Origin: Chrysomallon squamiferum
Taxonomy: Eukaryota > Animalia > Mollusca
NCBI GenBank assembly: GCA_012295275.1
Contig: CM022669.1
Location: 558,001 to 622,000 of the forward strand
DNA length: 64,000 nucleotides
Direction of reading: 5' to 3'
A program made the translations under genes and the position numbers. Positions 30,624 to 44,516 of the stretch are shown one piece after another. The notes beneath the pieces were generated by a model that did not search any database, was not told where the DNA came from, and was given only the letters and a program-made list of their open reading frames with translations. Numbering within the stretch: position 1 is the stretch's first letter; every line of letters begins with the position of its first letter.

Positions 30624-31913
30624 AACAACGTACTTTTTTAATCTACTTGAAACTAATTCAATCTAAATTCGAAAGATTTGGAATTTCAATCAGTTTGCTT
30701 GTGCCTAATAATTTAATAAAACTGGTATTAGAACAGAACAGTTTTACGAAAGTTAATCTGAACTTGGGTGTCATGTTTTAAATTAAAAAATCAGTCAGAG
30801 TGTAAGAATATCACGACACGAACAAACCACAGGGAAAAAAAAATTCAAAAATTGTCGCGTCTCCTGTAACCTTATTATGGCCTCGGTGCAGCACAAAATA
30901 TTCTAATTCGACCTACTTTTTTTTGTAGTTATTTCGTGTAATTTTCACACTTGTCTTGTCGTCATGACGAAATAACAGAAACTCGTTCTGGAAATGTTAA
31001 ACTGTGTCGGTAGCTTATGGCTGTCACGTGAACTGAATGGATTTTAACAAATCTGAGAATCCGTCTGGCTGTCTGTCACCCGGGCCTAATTGCGTCAAAC
31101 ATGCAATCTAGATAAATTATTCACAATCAAAGTGATTATTCTAAAAGTAGATCGATGGGTTAAAAAATTGGAGCGTAGTGATAACTCGATTTCTGAACTT
31201 CGTCGGATGAGATTTTAGAAACACAGAAATTTAAAAATTTCTCTTTCATGTTTACTTAGTAATACAACGTATCATAAAGTAAACAATGAACAATTTTAAA
31301 TCAGAAAGTTTTATTTATTTATTTTTTTATTTTTTATTTTTTTTTTTTTAATTATATTTCTTAATTTCATAATTAATTAAATATTTGTATTTTCTTTTAT
31401 TTTCTTTATTTATTTATATTTTTTATTATATTTCTTAATTTCAAAATTAATTAAATATTTTTATTTTATTTTATTTTATTTATTTATTTATTACCTCTTA
31501 GTTTTATATTCGTTACATCTTTTAATGACGTTCAGTACAAATATAAAATCTGTAAAGAAGAGAAAATAAGAAACGTTTCGCGGAGCAGTTTGACTGGATT
31601 ATTGTTATTTCAGTGTGATCAAACGTTTACCAGCATTTGAGACGTTTGTGGATTTCAAGTGAAATCTCTGCTTGAGGCTTTTAAGCCAACCATTCCCAAT
31701 TATTATCAAACATAGTTCAGTTAACTACATAATAAACTCATTGATAGTTTAATTTTTTTTTTTTTTTTTTTTTTTTTTTTGTACATACAGTCTCTCGTAC
31801 ATCATTATTAATTCAATAATTCTCATTTAAGTTTATATTATTATATTTATTTATTTATCTATTTATTTATTTATTAACTTTTGTCTTTCTTTGTTTTTGT
31901 CAATTAGTACTTA

Positions 31914-31989
<76 letters not shown>

Positions 31990-32377
31990 GTTTAACTGAT
32001 TTCAGTCACACACAGAGAATGTTTTAAAGGACATGATAAGAAACCGCCCACACTTACACGAGTTGAATTTCCACTTGAGGACAAAAGCGAAGATCAAATT
32101 TGTGACATCAGATGTTAAACAAAAATGACCAGAGGCGACACTGAAATGATATAAAAATACCAGAGTCAGAGTAACAGTATACAGTTTTAACTTGATGAAT
32201 TAAATAAAGCTAGCATCAAAGATTTTTTTATCTTCATTTTCCTGAAAAATAAATTTAATTTTGTAATACCAGTAATTTAATTTTTATTTTTTATTTCTTT
32301 CTTTAATTCTTTAACTTTTTATTTTTCATGCAGAAACAAATTAACTGCTATGAATTTAATGAACTAGAAGTAAACTG

Positions 32378-32479
32378 TAATAATAACAACAACAAAAACA
32401 GTAATAAATAATAATAATAATAATAATAGTAATAATAACAATAACAACAATAATAATAATGACAATAACAACACTAACA

Positions 32480-32511
<32 letters not shown>

Positions 32512-32751
32512 TAACATAATAAAAACAATAGTAACAAATAATAATTATAATAATAGTAACAATAACAACAATAATAACAATAACAACAACAACAGTAATT
32601 AATAATAACAACAATAATAACAACAACAACACTACCAAATAATAATAATAAATAATAATAATAATAATAATAACAACAGTAACAAATAATAATAATAATA
32701 GTAACAATAACAATAACAACAATAATAATAATGACAATAACAACACTAACA

Positions 32752-32783
<32 letters not shown>

Positions 32784-32939
32784 TAACATAATAACAACAG
32801 TAACAAATAATAATTATAATAGTAACAATAACAACAATAATAACAATAACAACAGTAATTAATAACAACAACAACAACAACAATAATAATAACAACAACA
32901 ACACTAACAAATAATAATAATAATAATAACAATAATAAT

Positions 32940-32972
<33 letters not shown>
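32378..32972. repeat. Compound (AAT)/(AAC) low-complexity tract with internal higher-order duplications
   Basis: Recurrent blocks such as ACAACACTAACAAATAATAAT and CAACAGTAATTAATAA. Confidence 0.9.
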
Positions 32973-33470
32973 AAACTGCAGTCTATAAATTATATACACT
33001 AAGAATTAACTGGTTTAGGTATATGCAGAAAATCGATCGCGATACCTCTCAGATATCAAAGCAGATTCATCGTCTGCCAACCTAACCTGATCCGAGCAGT
33101 TTGTGAACAACTGAGTTCTTTGTGGTCATTCGCCATTTTTAATGTGGTCTTCGTTAAGTACACTTCCGTTTTAGTGTGTTCTTCATTAACTCGGAGACAA
33201 ACAGAGATCGCGTTTTACTGTTCACATCACGATTGTTTTCCTTTCAGCGATTACCTGCTCTTTCACTTAGTTATTCACAGAGAAGAAGTCCGCTGAACTT
33301 GTCATTCAGAGAAAAACAGATCTGCATTTATAACAATACGATTGCTCGATATGACGTTTGCTTAGACCGAATTCATTACGTTTTGATTTCATCACATGAA
33401 TATTCATCACTGGTTACTAAGTGGAAAAGAAGAAGAACAACAACAACAAAACAAAAACAAGAACTACAAA

Positions 33471-33533
<63 letters not shown>

Positions 33534-34244
33534 AATAAATACCGAACTGCTATCAGGCCATGGTATAGGTTAACATCCTACTATAGGATTATAATCATAG
33601 TACTGGATCAAGCCCTAGTGCCAGGTCGTGCACTTGAACAGCAGTTTCACTCGTCATATTATTATTAAACTACTAATAAAGTCCACAAATAAATAAAATA
33701 CTTACATAATCCTTTCATGACGTCAACGTATATTGATAACGTCACGCTTATTGCTCTAATTGCACAGCTCAAGCCATGCTTGTTACGCAAGGACTGTTAT
33801 TTTCACTACCTTTAATAAGCAATGAACTAAACCGGCTTTCGAGTTATTAGCATTTTACCAGTTTTATTTCACAGTCGTGATACTGTCACACCGCGGCGTT
33901 TCCAGACTTCAGTTCCATTTGAAATAAAACTGTCATGTAAAATAATGAAATAAATAAACAGATAAATTAGTTAATACTGGGATAATCCCAATGGTGAAAA
34001 GTAGTAGTAGTAGTAGTAGTAGTAGTAATAATAGTAGTAGTAATAATAGTAGTAGTAATAGTAGTAGTAATAATAGTAGTAGTAGTAGCAGCAGCAGTAG
34101 TAGTAGTAGTAGCAGTAATAGTAATGGTAGCAGAAGAACAACATAGAAATGAAAGAGGTGAATTTTTATAATATGCCGGTGGGCAATGATTAGCCGATAT
34201 CGATTCAGCCACTGAAGGTATTGGAAGTACCTGCTGAAGGACAA

Positions 34245-37015
34245 AGTCGTAGATACTACAACAACACGTTAACAGCTCAGCACAGCTGTAAAACGTAGAT
34301 ACATTAGTCGTAGATACTACAACAACACGTAAACAGCTCAGCACAGCTGTAAAACGTAGATACTACAACAACACGTTAACAGCTCAGCACAGCTGTAAAA
34401 CGTAGACACATTAGTCGTAGATACTACAACAACACGTAAACAGCTCAGCACAGCTGTAAAACGTAGACACATTAGTCGTAGATACTACAACAACAACACG
34501 TAAACAGCTCAGCACAGCTGTAAAACGTAGACACATTAGTCGTAGATACTACAACAACACGTTAACAGCTCAGCACAGCTGTAAAACGTAGATACATTAG
34601 TCGTAGATACTACAACAACACGTAAACAGCTCAGCACAGCTGTAAAACGTAGATACTACAACAACACGTTAACAGCTCAGCACAGCTGTAAAACGTAGAC
34701 ACATTAGTCGTAGATACTACAACAACACGTAAACAGCTCAGCACAGCTGTAAAACGTAGACACATTAGTCGTAGATACTTTAACAGCTCAGCACAGCTGT
34801 AAAACGTAGACACATTAGTCGTAGATACTACAACAACACGTTAACAGCTCAGCACAGCTGTAAAACGTGATTAGTCGTAGATACTACAACAACACGTAAA
34901 CAGCTCAGCACAGCTGTAAAACGTAGACACATTAGTCGTAGATACTACAACAACACGTAAACAGCTCAGCACAGCTGTAAAACGTAGACACATTAGTCGT
35001 AGATACTACAACAACACGTTAACAGCTCAGCACAGCTGTAAAACGTAGATACATTAGTCGTAGATACTACAACAACACGTAAACAGCTCAGCACAGCTGT
35101 AAAACGTAGATACTACAACAACACGTTAACAGCTCAGCACAGCTGTAAAACGTAGACACATTAGTCGTAGATACTACAACAACACGTAAACAGCTCAGCA
35201 CAGCTGTAAAACGTAGACACATTAGTCGTAGATACTACAACAACACGTAAACAGCTCAGCACAGCTGTAAAACGTAGACACATTAGTCGTAGATACTACA
35301 ACAACACGTAAACAGCTCAGCACAGCTGTAAAACGTAGATACTACAACAACACGTTAACAGCTCAGCACAGCTGTAAAACGTAGACACATTAGTCGTAGA
35401 TACTACAACAACACGTAAACAGCTCAGCACAGCTGTAAAACGTAGATACTACAACAACACGTTAACAGCTCAGCACAGCTGTAAAACGTAGACACATTAG
35501 TCGTAGATACTACAACAACACGTAAACAGCTCAGCACAGCTGTAAAACGTAGATACTACAACAACACGTTAACAGCTCAGCACAGCTGTAAAAACGTAGA
35601 TACATTAGTCGTAGATACTACAACAACACGTAAACAGCTCAGCACAGCTGTAAAACGTAGATACTACAACAACACGTTAACAGCTCAGCACAGCTGTAAA
35701 ACGTAGACACATTAGTCGTAGATACTACAACAACACGTAAACAGCTCAGCACAGCTGTAAAACGTAGACACATTAGTCGTAGATACTACAACAACACGTA
35801 AACAGCTCAGCACAGCTGTAAAACGTAGACACATTAGTCGTAGATACTACAACAACACGTAAACAGCTCAGCACAGCTGTAAAACGTAGATACTACAACA
35901 ACACGTTAACAGCTCAGCACAGCTGTAAAACGTAGACACATTAGTCGTAGATACTACAACAACACGTAAACAGCTCAGCACAGCTGTAAAACGTAGATAC
36001 TACAACAACACGTTAACAGCTCAGCACAGCTGTAAAACGTAGACATTAGTCGTAGATACTACAACAACACGTAAACAGCTCAGCACAGCTGTAAAACGTA
36101 GACACATTAGTCGTAGATACTACAACAACACGTTAACAGCTCAGCACAGCTGTAAAACGTAGACACATTAGTCGTAGATACTACAACAACACGTTAACAG
36201 CTCAGCACAGCTGTAAAACGTAGACACATTAGTCGTAGATACTACAACAACACGTAAACAGCTCAGCACAGCTGTAAAACGTAGACACATTAGTCGTAGA
36301 TACTACAACAACACGTAAACAGCTCAGCACAGCTGTAAAACGTAGACACATTAGTCGTAGATACTACAACAACACGTTAACAGCTCAGCACAGCTGTAAA
36401 ACGTAGATACATTAGTCGTAGATACTACAACAACACGTAAACAGCTCAGCACAGCTGTAAAACGTAGATACTACAACAACACGTTAACAGCTCAGCACAG
36501 CTGTAAAACGTAGACACATTAGTCGTAGATACTACAACAACACGTAAACAGCTCAGCACAGCTGTAAAACGTAGACACATTAGTCGTAGATACTACAACA
36601 ACACGTAAACAGCTCAGCACAGCTGTAAAACGTAGACACATTAGTCGTAGATACTACAACAACACGTAAACAGCTCAGCACAGCTGTAAAACGTAGACAC
36701 ATTAGTCGTAGATACTACAACAACACGTAAACAGCTCAGCACAGCTGTAAAACGTAGACACATTAGTCGTAGATACTACAACAACACGTTAACAGCTCAG
36801 CACAGCTGTAAAACGTAGACACATTAGTCGTAGATACTACAACAACACGTAAACAGCTCAGCACAGCTGTAAAACGTAGACACATTAGTCGTAGATACTA
36901 CAACAACACGTAAACAGCTCAGCACAGCTGTAAAACGTAGATACATTAGTCGTAATACAACAACAACATGTAAACAGCTCCGCACAGCTGTAAAACGTAG
37001 ACACATTAGTCGTAG
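34245..37015. repeat. Satellite array: 61-bp unit TTAGTCGTAGATACTACAACAACACGT(A/T)AACAGCTCAGCACAGCTGTAAAACGTAGA(C/T)ACA interspersed with a 46-bp deletion variant
   Basis: The 61-bp period shows as a 1-nt shift per 60-nt line. The short unit lacks CACATTAGTCGTAGA. Confidence 0.97.
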
Positions 37016-37944
37016 TGATGAAATGTCACAACAATTTGTTAATCTCAGTTTACGGGTTCATACAGGCTTGTGTGAACTTCCTATTGTACACCGTCATGTT
37101 GTGTGTGTGTGTTTTTGTGTTTGTGTGTGTTTGTGAATGTGTGTTTGTGTGTGTGTTTCTGAGTGTGTGTTTGTGAGTGTGTGTGTGTATGCATATGTGT
37201 GTATATATCCTTTTCATATAATTATTTCAAAGTAGAACATTATTACTTTTCACACAAACATTTCACAGTAGAACATTATTACTTTTCACATAATCATTTC
37301 ACAGTAGAAATTTGTAACTTTCATATAATTATTTCGCATTAGAATATTTGTTTTAAACTTATTCATTTCATTCTAGAAATTTGTGTACTGTTAACATGAT
37401 CATTTCACAATAAAATTCTGTGACATTTTAAAGTAAAAAACCCAAACAAGATTCTTTTTTCATCTCTTACCATAACTTATTAGATTGCTGAGGTTTTTTT
37501 TTCGAAATACGCGAAAGATTTTCCAGCAGATATCACCAGTTTTAACTTGATGTCGTTTCAAAACATTTTTTAAATTGAAATAACAAACTCTTGACATTTA
37601 GACGACGTATCTGAAGAAAGACGACATTCTGCAGCTTGCTCTTTACTTAAATGCAGTCGGGTTAAGCTTGTATATCCTGTGTGAGCGTTAATAAAAAGTG
37701 ATGTTAACTTTTCATTTCTCCTTCTTTCTATATTTTAATATTGCTTAAAAACTGTTGTCGTTTGTCGATTTTGTGATACATACATAAATACATACATACA
37801 TAGATACATGCGTACATACATTACGTACATATGTGTGTATGTATCTAAATAGACAGACAGATTATACAGACAGAAAGACAGACAGACGGATGTATGGATG
37901 GCTATAAATCTGAGCAGAGCTGTAATAGTTTTCATTATTACTCC

Positions 37945-38040
<96 letters not shown>

Positions 38041-38213
38041 AAAGAAGTCGTTATACAAAATATTGATAGCGTAAACAATGTTTGTGTAAAGTGTTAGTAA
38101 TAACTCAGATATGTATTCAGAGTAGAAAAAGTTCACTGATGTGTTAGAAAATGTTCTAGTCTTGGTGACTTTCAAAAAATAAATCATAAATAACAAAATA
38201 ATAATAAATCAGA

Positions 38214-38284
<71 letters not shown>

Positions 38285-38332
38285 TAATAATAAATAATAA
38301 ATAAATAATAATAATAAACAAACAAATAAATA

Positions 38333-38397
<65 letters not shown>

Positions 38398-38880
38398 ATT
38401 TAAAAACAAACAAATTAAAAAGGTAAAGAGAGAGAAAAAGACATTTTTTTATCAGTGAATTTCATCCATTCTGTTGAACACATTCATATTACCCTTTGGG
38501 TTAATACAAAATGTATCAATATTCATTTATTCATTCAATCATTCATTCATTGCTGTGTATTTTAACATTTGTTTTCGTTTTACAACTAAAATTAATGTGA
38601 ATATACTGAATACAGAAAAGTAATATAACATCTGTCTTTTAGGAAAACCCATACATTGCATTTATTTATTAACACGTTAGAAACACCATTAACTTTATCC
38701 AACACAATTATAATCAATCAACGTGTAAGTCTTCTTTCAGCTCTGTTCAAATGTTACAACAAAGCAAGTCGCGAGTGATCTGTTGATGACGTAGATGTTT
38801 TGAAATAAATGTGTGATGTCTGTTCATGCAGAAATTCTGAGTATTTAACCTGTTAGATTGCTCTGTCCAGTTCAATGGTT

Positions 38881-39222
38881 TCTCTTTGACAGGTACACTA
38901 AGGAAAGTAAATGTTTTGTGACGTCATAGATAACCTATAGTTACTGTAGAATAATAATTTTCTGCTAATGACGTCATTATTAAGCTGATTACGACTCATC
39001 ATAATAATTACATTTCATGCAAATTAAAACAAAACTGAATGCGCTAAGAGTTTCTATTTGACAGATGCACTAAGGAAAGTTAATGTTTTTGACGTCATAG
39101 ATAATCTATAGTTACTGTAGAATAATAATTTTCTGTTAATGATGTGATTATTAAGCTGGTTACGACTCAGCATAATAATTACATTTCATGCAAATTAAAA
39201 CAAAACTGAATGCGCTAAGAGT
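38881..39222. repeat. Tandem direct duplication of about 171 bp
   Basis: 38881-39051 aligns with 39052-39222 with few substitutions (e.g. TGACGTCA at 38919 and 39090). Confidence 0.92.
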
Positions 39223-41060
39223 TACCGTCATTGTTCATTTCAGTCGACACGTAATTTCAGAAAAGCCTTAAACATGTTCAAGTATTAATGAGAAACTCTG
39301 GTTGTTGTTCTTTATTTATTTATGCTCTCTTTTATCAGATTCTGTTAATGTGTCTTTATATACGTAAACAAGACACATTTATTATTTATTCAGCCTTAAT
39401 GATGTCAATACGTTTAATATTAAATGCTGTTTGTTCTTCAAATATACAAAGATGAAACGAATTTGAATAGTTTAGACCGAAGCTTTACTTGAAACTTCAG
39501 TGATGATGAGATGCAATGTTTTCATATTCTTCTAAAATCGTAAAACATAGGAAACAAAAGAATGTACACAGTCTGTAGTTCTTAATTATTCAGTTGGCTC
39601 AAATTACACCCAAGCAGAAGTGTTATGTATTGATTTTAAGATCATACCGAAAACAGGTTGACATCCGCTAGCAGTGACTTTCGTGTCTGTTACACTGAAA
39701 CGCGAATATTATTATTTTACTTGAGGTTTTCAAATAAATGTTGCTCGACTTGCATTCCCTGGAGGAGTGTTTTCTTCTGGACAGAAGGATTTGTCAAACT
39801 TTTTAACGATCTGCTCTGACAGTGTACGGTAGCCATAACGAGAGATTATGAATAACAAAATATTTGTGTTCTTGTAATGTCAGCTCTGATTCGAAATTAT
39901 CAAACCAGACGGTGTCACGTGGTGGGAAATAACGTCGGATGATCCTAATCAAAAGAGCGAGATATGACGTCATCACCCACTGGACATGTGGTCAGCGGCT
40001 GCTGTAGATTTGATATGACGTGATTAAGTGTGGCCCACGTGGATGTCGTTCTTGCATTTGTCGTTAATTGGATGCGTGATCAAGATAAAGCAGTAATTGT
40101 GTTTGCTGTAGATTAATAGGCTTAGTTCACTGTATTTATCTTGTCATCTTACACAACGCATAAAACTCAAATCAATGCGGTGTGGCTAATACTCTACATA
40201 TTTTCAATAACAGAAGTGTTGTAGCACGCCAGTCCTGGACACCTAACCTGAGACCTACAGGTCCACTGGCTGAAAAAGCTCGGGTAATTTTTGCAGTACG
40301 TTGTCGTTGTTGTTGTTGTTGCAGTTCTGCTCGGTCTGACTGTATTTCTGTCAGTTAAAAAATACTTGTGTGTATTTAATTACTAGAACGTTGTCGCTGA
40401 TTTAACAATCATTACAATTGTCAATAACGTTGTGGCTGCCTTTGTTACTGATGAATCGTTCAGTCATAGCATTTCTCGCTGTAGATTAATCCATTTACTT
40501 CGTCGTAGTAGTTATATATTCTTTCTTTGTTGTTATATTTATCATTGTGTCGTTGTGCTTGCATTGTCAGTACAGTAGTTGTCGTCAATACCGCTAGATT
40601 AATTATTGTCATTACTACTAGTGCAGTGGTCGTTACAGTCGTACAGTCTATGTCCTATTCGTACAGTAATTATACTGTTCATTGTCGTGGTTGTCGTCGC
40701 TATTATTGTTGCCATGACGTCATGGTCTGCTATGTTAGTGCTAGTGGGACAAGCAATGTCGTGAATGCTGTTGCTAGCACTGTAGTTGTAGTTGCCTGGT
40801 GGAGGCGACAGAGATCAGACTCGTCTAAAGCGAGCGTTCATTAAAGACTTTGTAAAATGCTCTGAGGCGTCACCTGACCTCGGCAGGTCACATGACGAGC
40901 GTCTGGGTCGAGCAGTTTACTGATAGTTAGGTTATACGTATCCGACATTGTCAGAACGGGATAAAACTCAGAATTGTATCAGTCCGTCCCACTGCGCCTG
41001 ATAGCTTCTTTCATTCACCTCGTGTTTCCTCAAAACCATTTCTATTTTAATTTTTCTGTT

Positions 41061-41104
<44 letters not shown>

Positions 41105-44100
41105 TTATTGTATGAATGGAAAATGTAAGATATCCCAATCTGTTACAACAAAGTAACACACCACGTTTCTTCTCTTACAGTTATCATTTACACATGTCTC
41201 GTGACTAGTTTGCTAGGAATGTGTTGAGTTTGTTCATAATCGTTCAACAATCTAACTTGCTAACGCGGTTCCGTTCTCTTTACGCTCAAGTCAACCACTG
41301 TACAGCCTATCTGCTAACTAAAACATTTCTACATACAACGAGGTTCATGTGCTATAAAATAAAATACAAAACAGTTTTCTGTTAGTTTGTATCTTTGATT
41401 AATTTTTTCTTATTTTCCTTTTCTTCCTTTTTTCTTTTTTTGAAAATTATTTTAATTTTTTTTTTGTTTTTTTTGTTTTGAAGCAGACTGTCTGTTATCA
41501 GATTCTATTAATGTATGTTTGTCTATATTATTTGGTTACTAGAATAATTCATGCTTTAATGGTGTCAGTAATAGATTTAATACCATTATATTGTATTTTA
41601 AAATGTCAATTTTTTAGATTTCACACTTTACGAGGTAAAACGAACTTAAAACATCTTAAAGTACAGAACGTGTTACATATTTCATTTAAATCGATCATAT
41701 ATTTGTTTATCTGGCTCCTGCTGTTTCATGGCAACACACACTAAAATAAATTAACGATGAAAATATATTGAAATCGTTTCGTCTTTCAAAGATAAATAAT
41801 TATTACTACCTACATTAAAAACATCTGGTGTTTTAGTAAACTGTGAAAACGTGTTTTTTTATTACTGTATGGATTTTGGATTGTCGTACTGAAACGGTAA
41901 CTGACTCCAAATTAATTGGCACTGACTGTAATCAGCACGTGCATGAAGGCCACTGCGGGGGACGAGCGCCCTCTGTCGTCAGATAACAATGTTCGTTCTT
42001 CGTAAACAAACACATATGATCGCGCCTCTTTTTCTGAATAAATATTTTATCTTTGTCTGAGATACACTGCTCTACATACTCTTGAAATCATTATACTGTA
42101 TTTATTTTATGACACCAGCAATCAATTCTTCGTGAAATAAATACATCTGATAGCTTATTAACAAGCCGTCTTAAGCGGTAGATTAATGTTTCTTTCACAT
42201 TTTAATAAAGTTTAATAGTAATCAATTTTACGTATCAAATTTTCTTCTGTGATGAAAAACTCTGACTGCATGGGCTCATTCATATATCTATATAGCTATA
42301 TATATATATATACCAGAATAAAATCAAAGGGTAAAAGCATAAATCAGAAAGCAAAACGTCAAAGCAAAACATATTTTCACTACATATTGGTTTTCTCACG
42401 TATTCAAAATCTAATTCAACAATATTTAGTTTTCTAATATCAGTATGAGACTCACGCATATATCCCATACTGTCATAACACAAATATCTACAACTATCAT
42501 AACATAAATATACAGAACTACCATAAGACATATATATATATATATCCAGAACTATCACAACACAAACAGCCATTATTATCATAAGACAAACATACAGTAC
42601 TGTCTTAGCACAAACATCCATATTATAAAAACACAACTAGCCAGAACTATCACAACACAAATATCCAATCCTATCACCAAAAACATGCAGTTCAATCATA
42701 ACACAAATATCCAGTAGTATCAAAACGAGGCAAACAGTAACACAAGTCTGTTGTTGAATGCGAATTGTGTTTTTGAGAAGTTTGTTAGTGGCAGATGTTT
42801 ACAAATGAGCTCATATCATTTTCTTTCTAATGGAGTATTTTTGTATGAAACTAATTCTGCGGTTCAGCTGGACTGAAGAGGAATGACGGTAATTGCAGCT
42901 GACATGGAGAATCTGTTGTCTGCGACAAAGACTTTGTGGATGCAGTCAGTTATTTCTGTGAAAGCATCGTAGTCTGTCTGTGTCTGTCCAGGAAATGTCT
43001 TTAAAAACAATCCTTACCTGATAAATAATTTATGAAATTAGACTGTTTGAACAACATTTACCTACATTTACAAAACAAACAAAGAGTAAGCCATATGTAG
43101 AATAATAAACGATTTCGAATTGTTCTCTATATGTGTGTGTGTGAATGCATATAAAATGTTGATAAATTAATGTGCCCAGGAAAGAGCACGGGTGGTTACT
43201 GTGACATAAACACTTAGAAACAGCGAACCTGCATGCAGTCATATATCATTTTAACGGCATTCATTATACAAGGTGGGTAACAAGTAACACCAGATTTCAT
43301 GGTTCTGTTTGTGCAAAATCAGTAACTTTCAAAACTCGCTGCAAAAAACTGAAAGAAAAAAAGAAATCAAAATTAGATAGATTACAAACATTAATAATCT
43401 GCCAGACAAATATTAACAACATTACTTCCCAGAAAGAGTCTGACAGCCGAATACAACCCAGTACTCCTTTTGTCTCATCCCGTATTTTATCATTATTTTA
43501 AAAATCTATCTCCAGACTCTGTTTAATTTCACATGTGAAATCTCACTGTGCAGTTTTACCCGACTCTTCACCACTAATTCAAGGGTTTTTCAGCAGTCTT
43601 GAATCATTATTAAGTAAACTATATGAATCAACTAAACTGATCTGTACTGTTATAATTAGCCTTTCATTTTTCATTACCAGACGTTATCAGGCAGTCGACA
43701 TGGGCAGCGAGACTCAGAACTGGAGCTGCGTTAATTACGTTTCCCCTGCAAGCCCGTACAAGTGCGTTTTAGCAAAGACCTCGAAACACATTCCTCCATC
43801 ACGCATTAATGGCAAACGGCAGTGCGTGGTCCACAGAGGATCGTTTGGGGTTGCGTTGAATCAATAAATAAAAACATGCGACATTGGCTAATGACAAAAG
43901 CTGTTAGTGACAGTGAAGATTTGGGTCGTTGTTGGTTTCTGGCTTGTTTTGCAGTAATACGGAGCTTAACACAAGTCACTTAGTAACAATTCCGCAAACA
44001 GAATTTTCGTCCTTCCTCGCCGCAGGCAAAGCATTAACATCTCATCTGAGCAAAGAGAAACCTGATCGAGTTGGACAAGCTGACGAATATCTCGAGTTAA

Positions 44101-44417
44101 TGGCGCTGTCGAGCGATTATCGTTAGAAATTTGCTGCTAAATATTGGTTGCTAATTATGGAAGAAGAAAGACGAAGGGAAAAAAATAGATTAAATGACAA
44201 GAATAAATAAATATAAAAGAAATGGAGATTTAATCAAGATATAAATGATTTATAGAGATATTTTTTACTTATTTGTTTAGTGTTTCACGTGTATTGTATA
44301 TAATCAGAAATTAAGAAAGAGAGGAAAAACTTAGAAAACAAAGTAGACAGACACAGATTATTTATTGCCTTTCTGACTTTTCCTTTTTCTGTTCTAATAT
44401 TGATTACCACCACTGTC

Positions 44418-44516
<99 letters not shown>

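Noticed and set aside
34245-37015. Palindromic repeat array resembling CRISPR
   Set aside because: There are no unique spacers; it is a pure head-to-tail tandem satellite.
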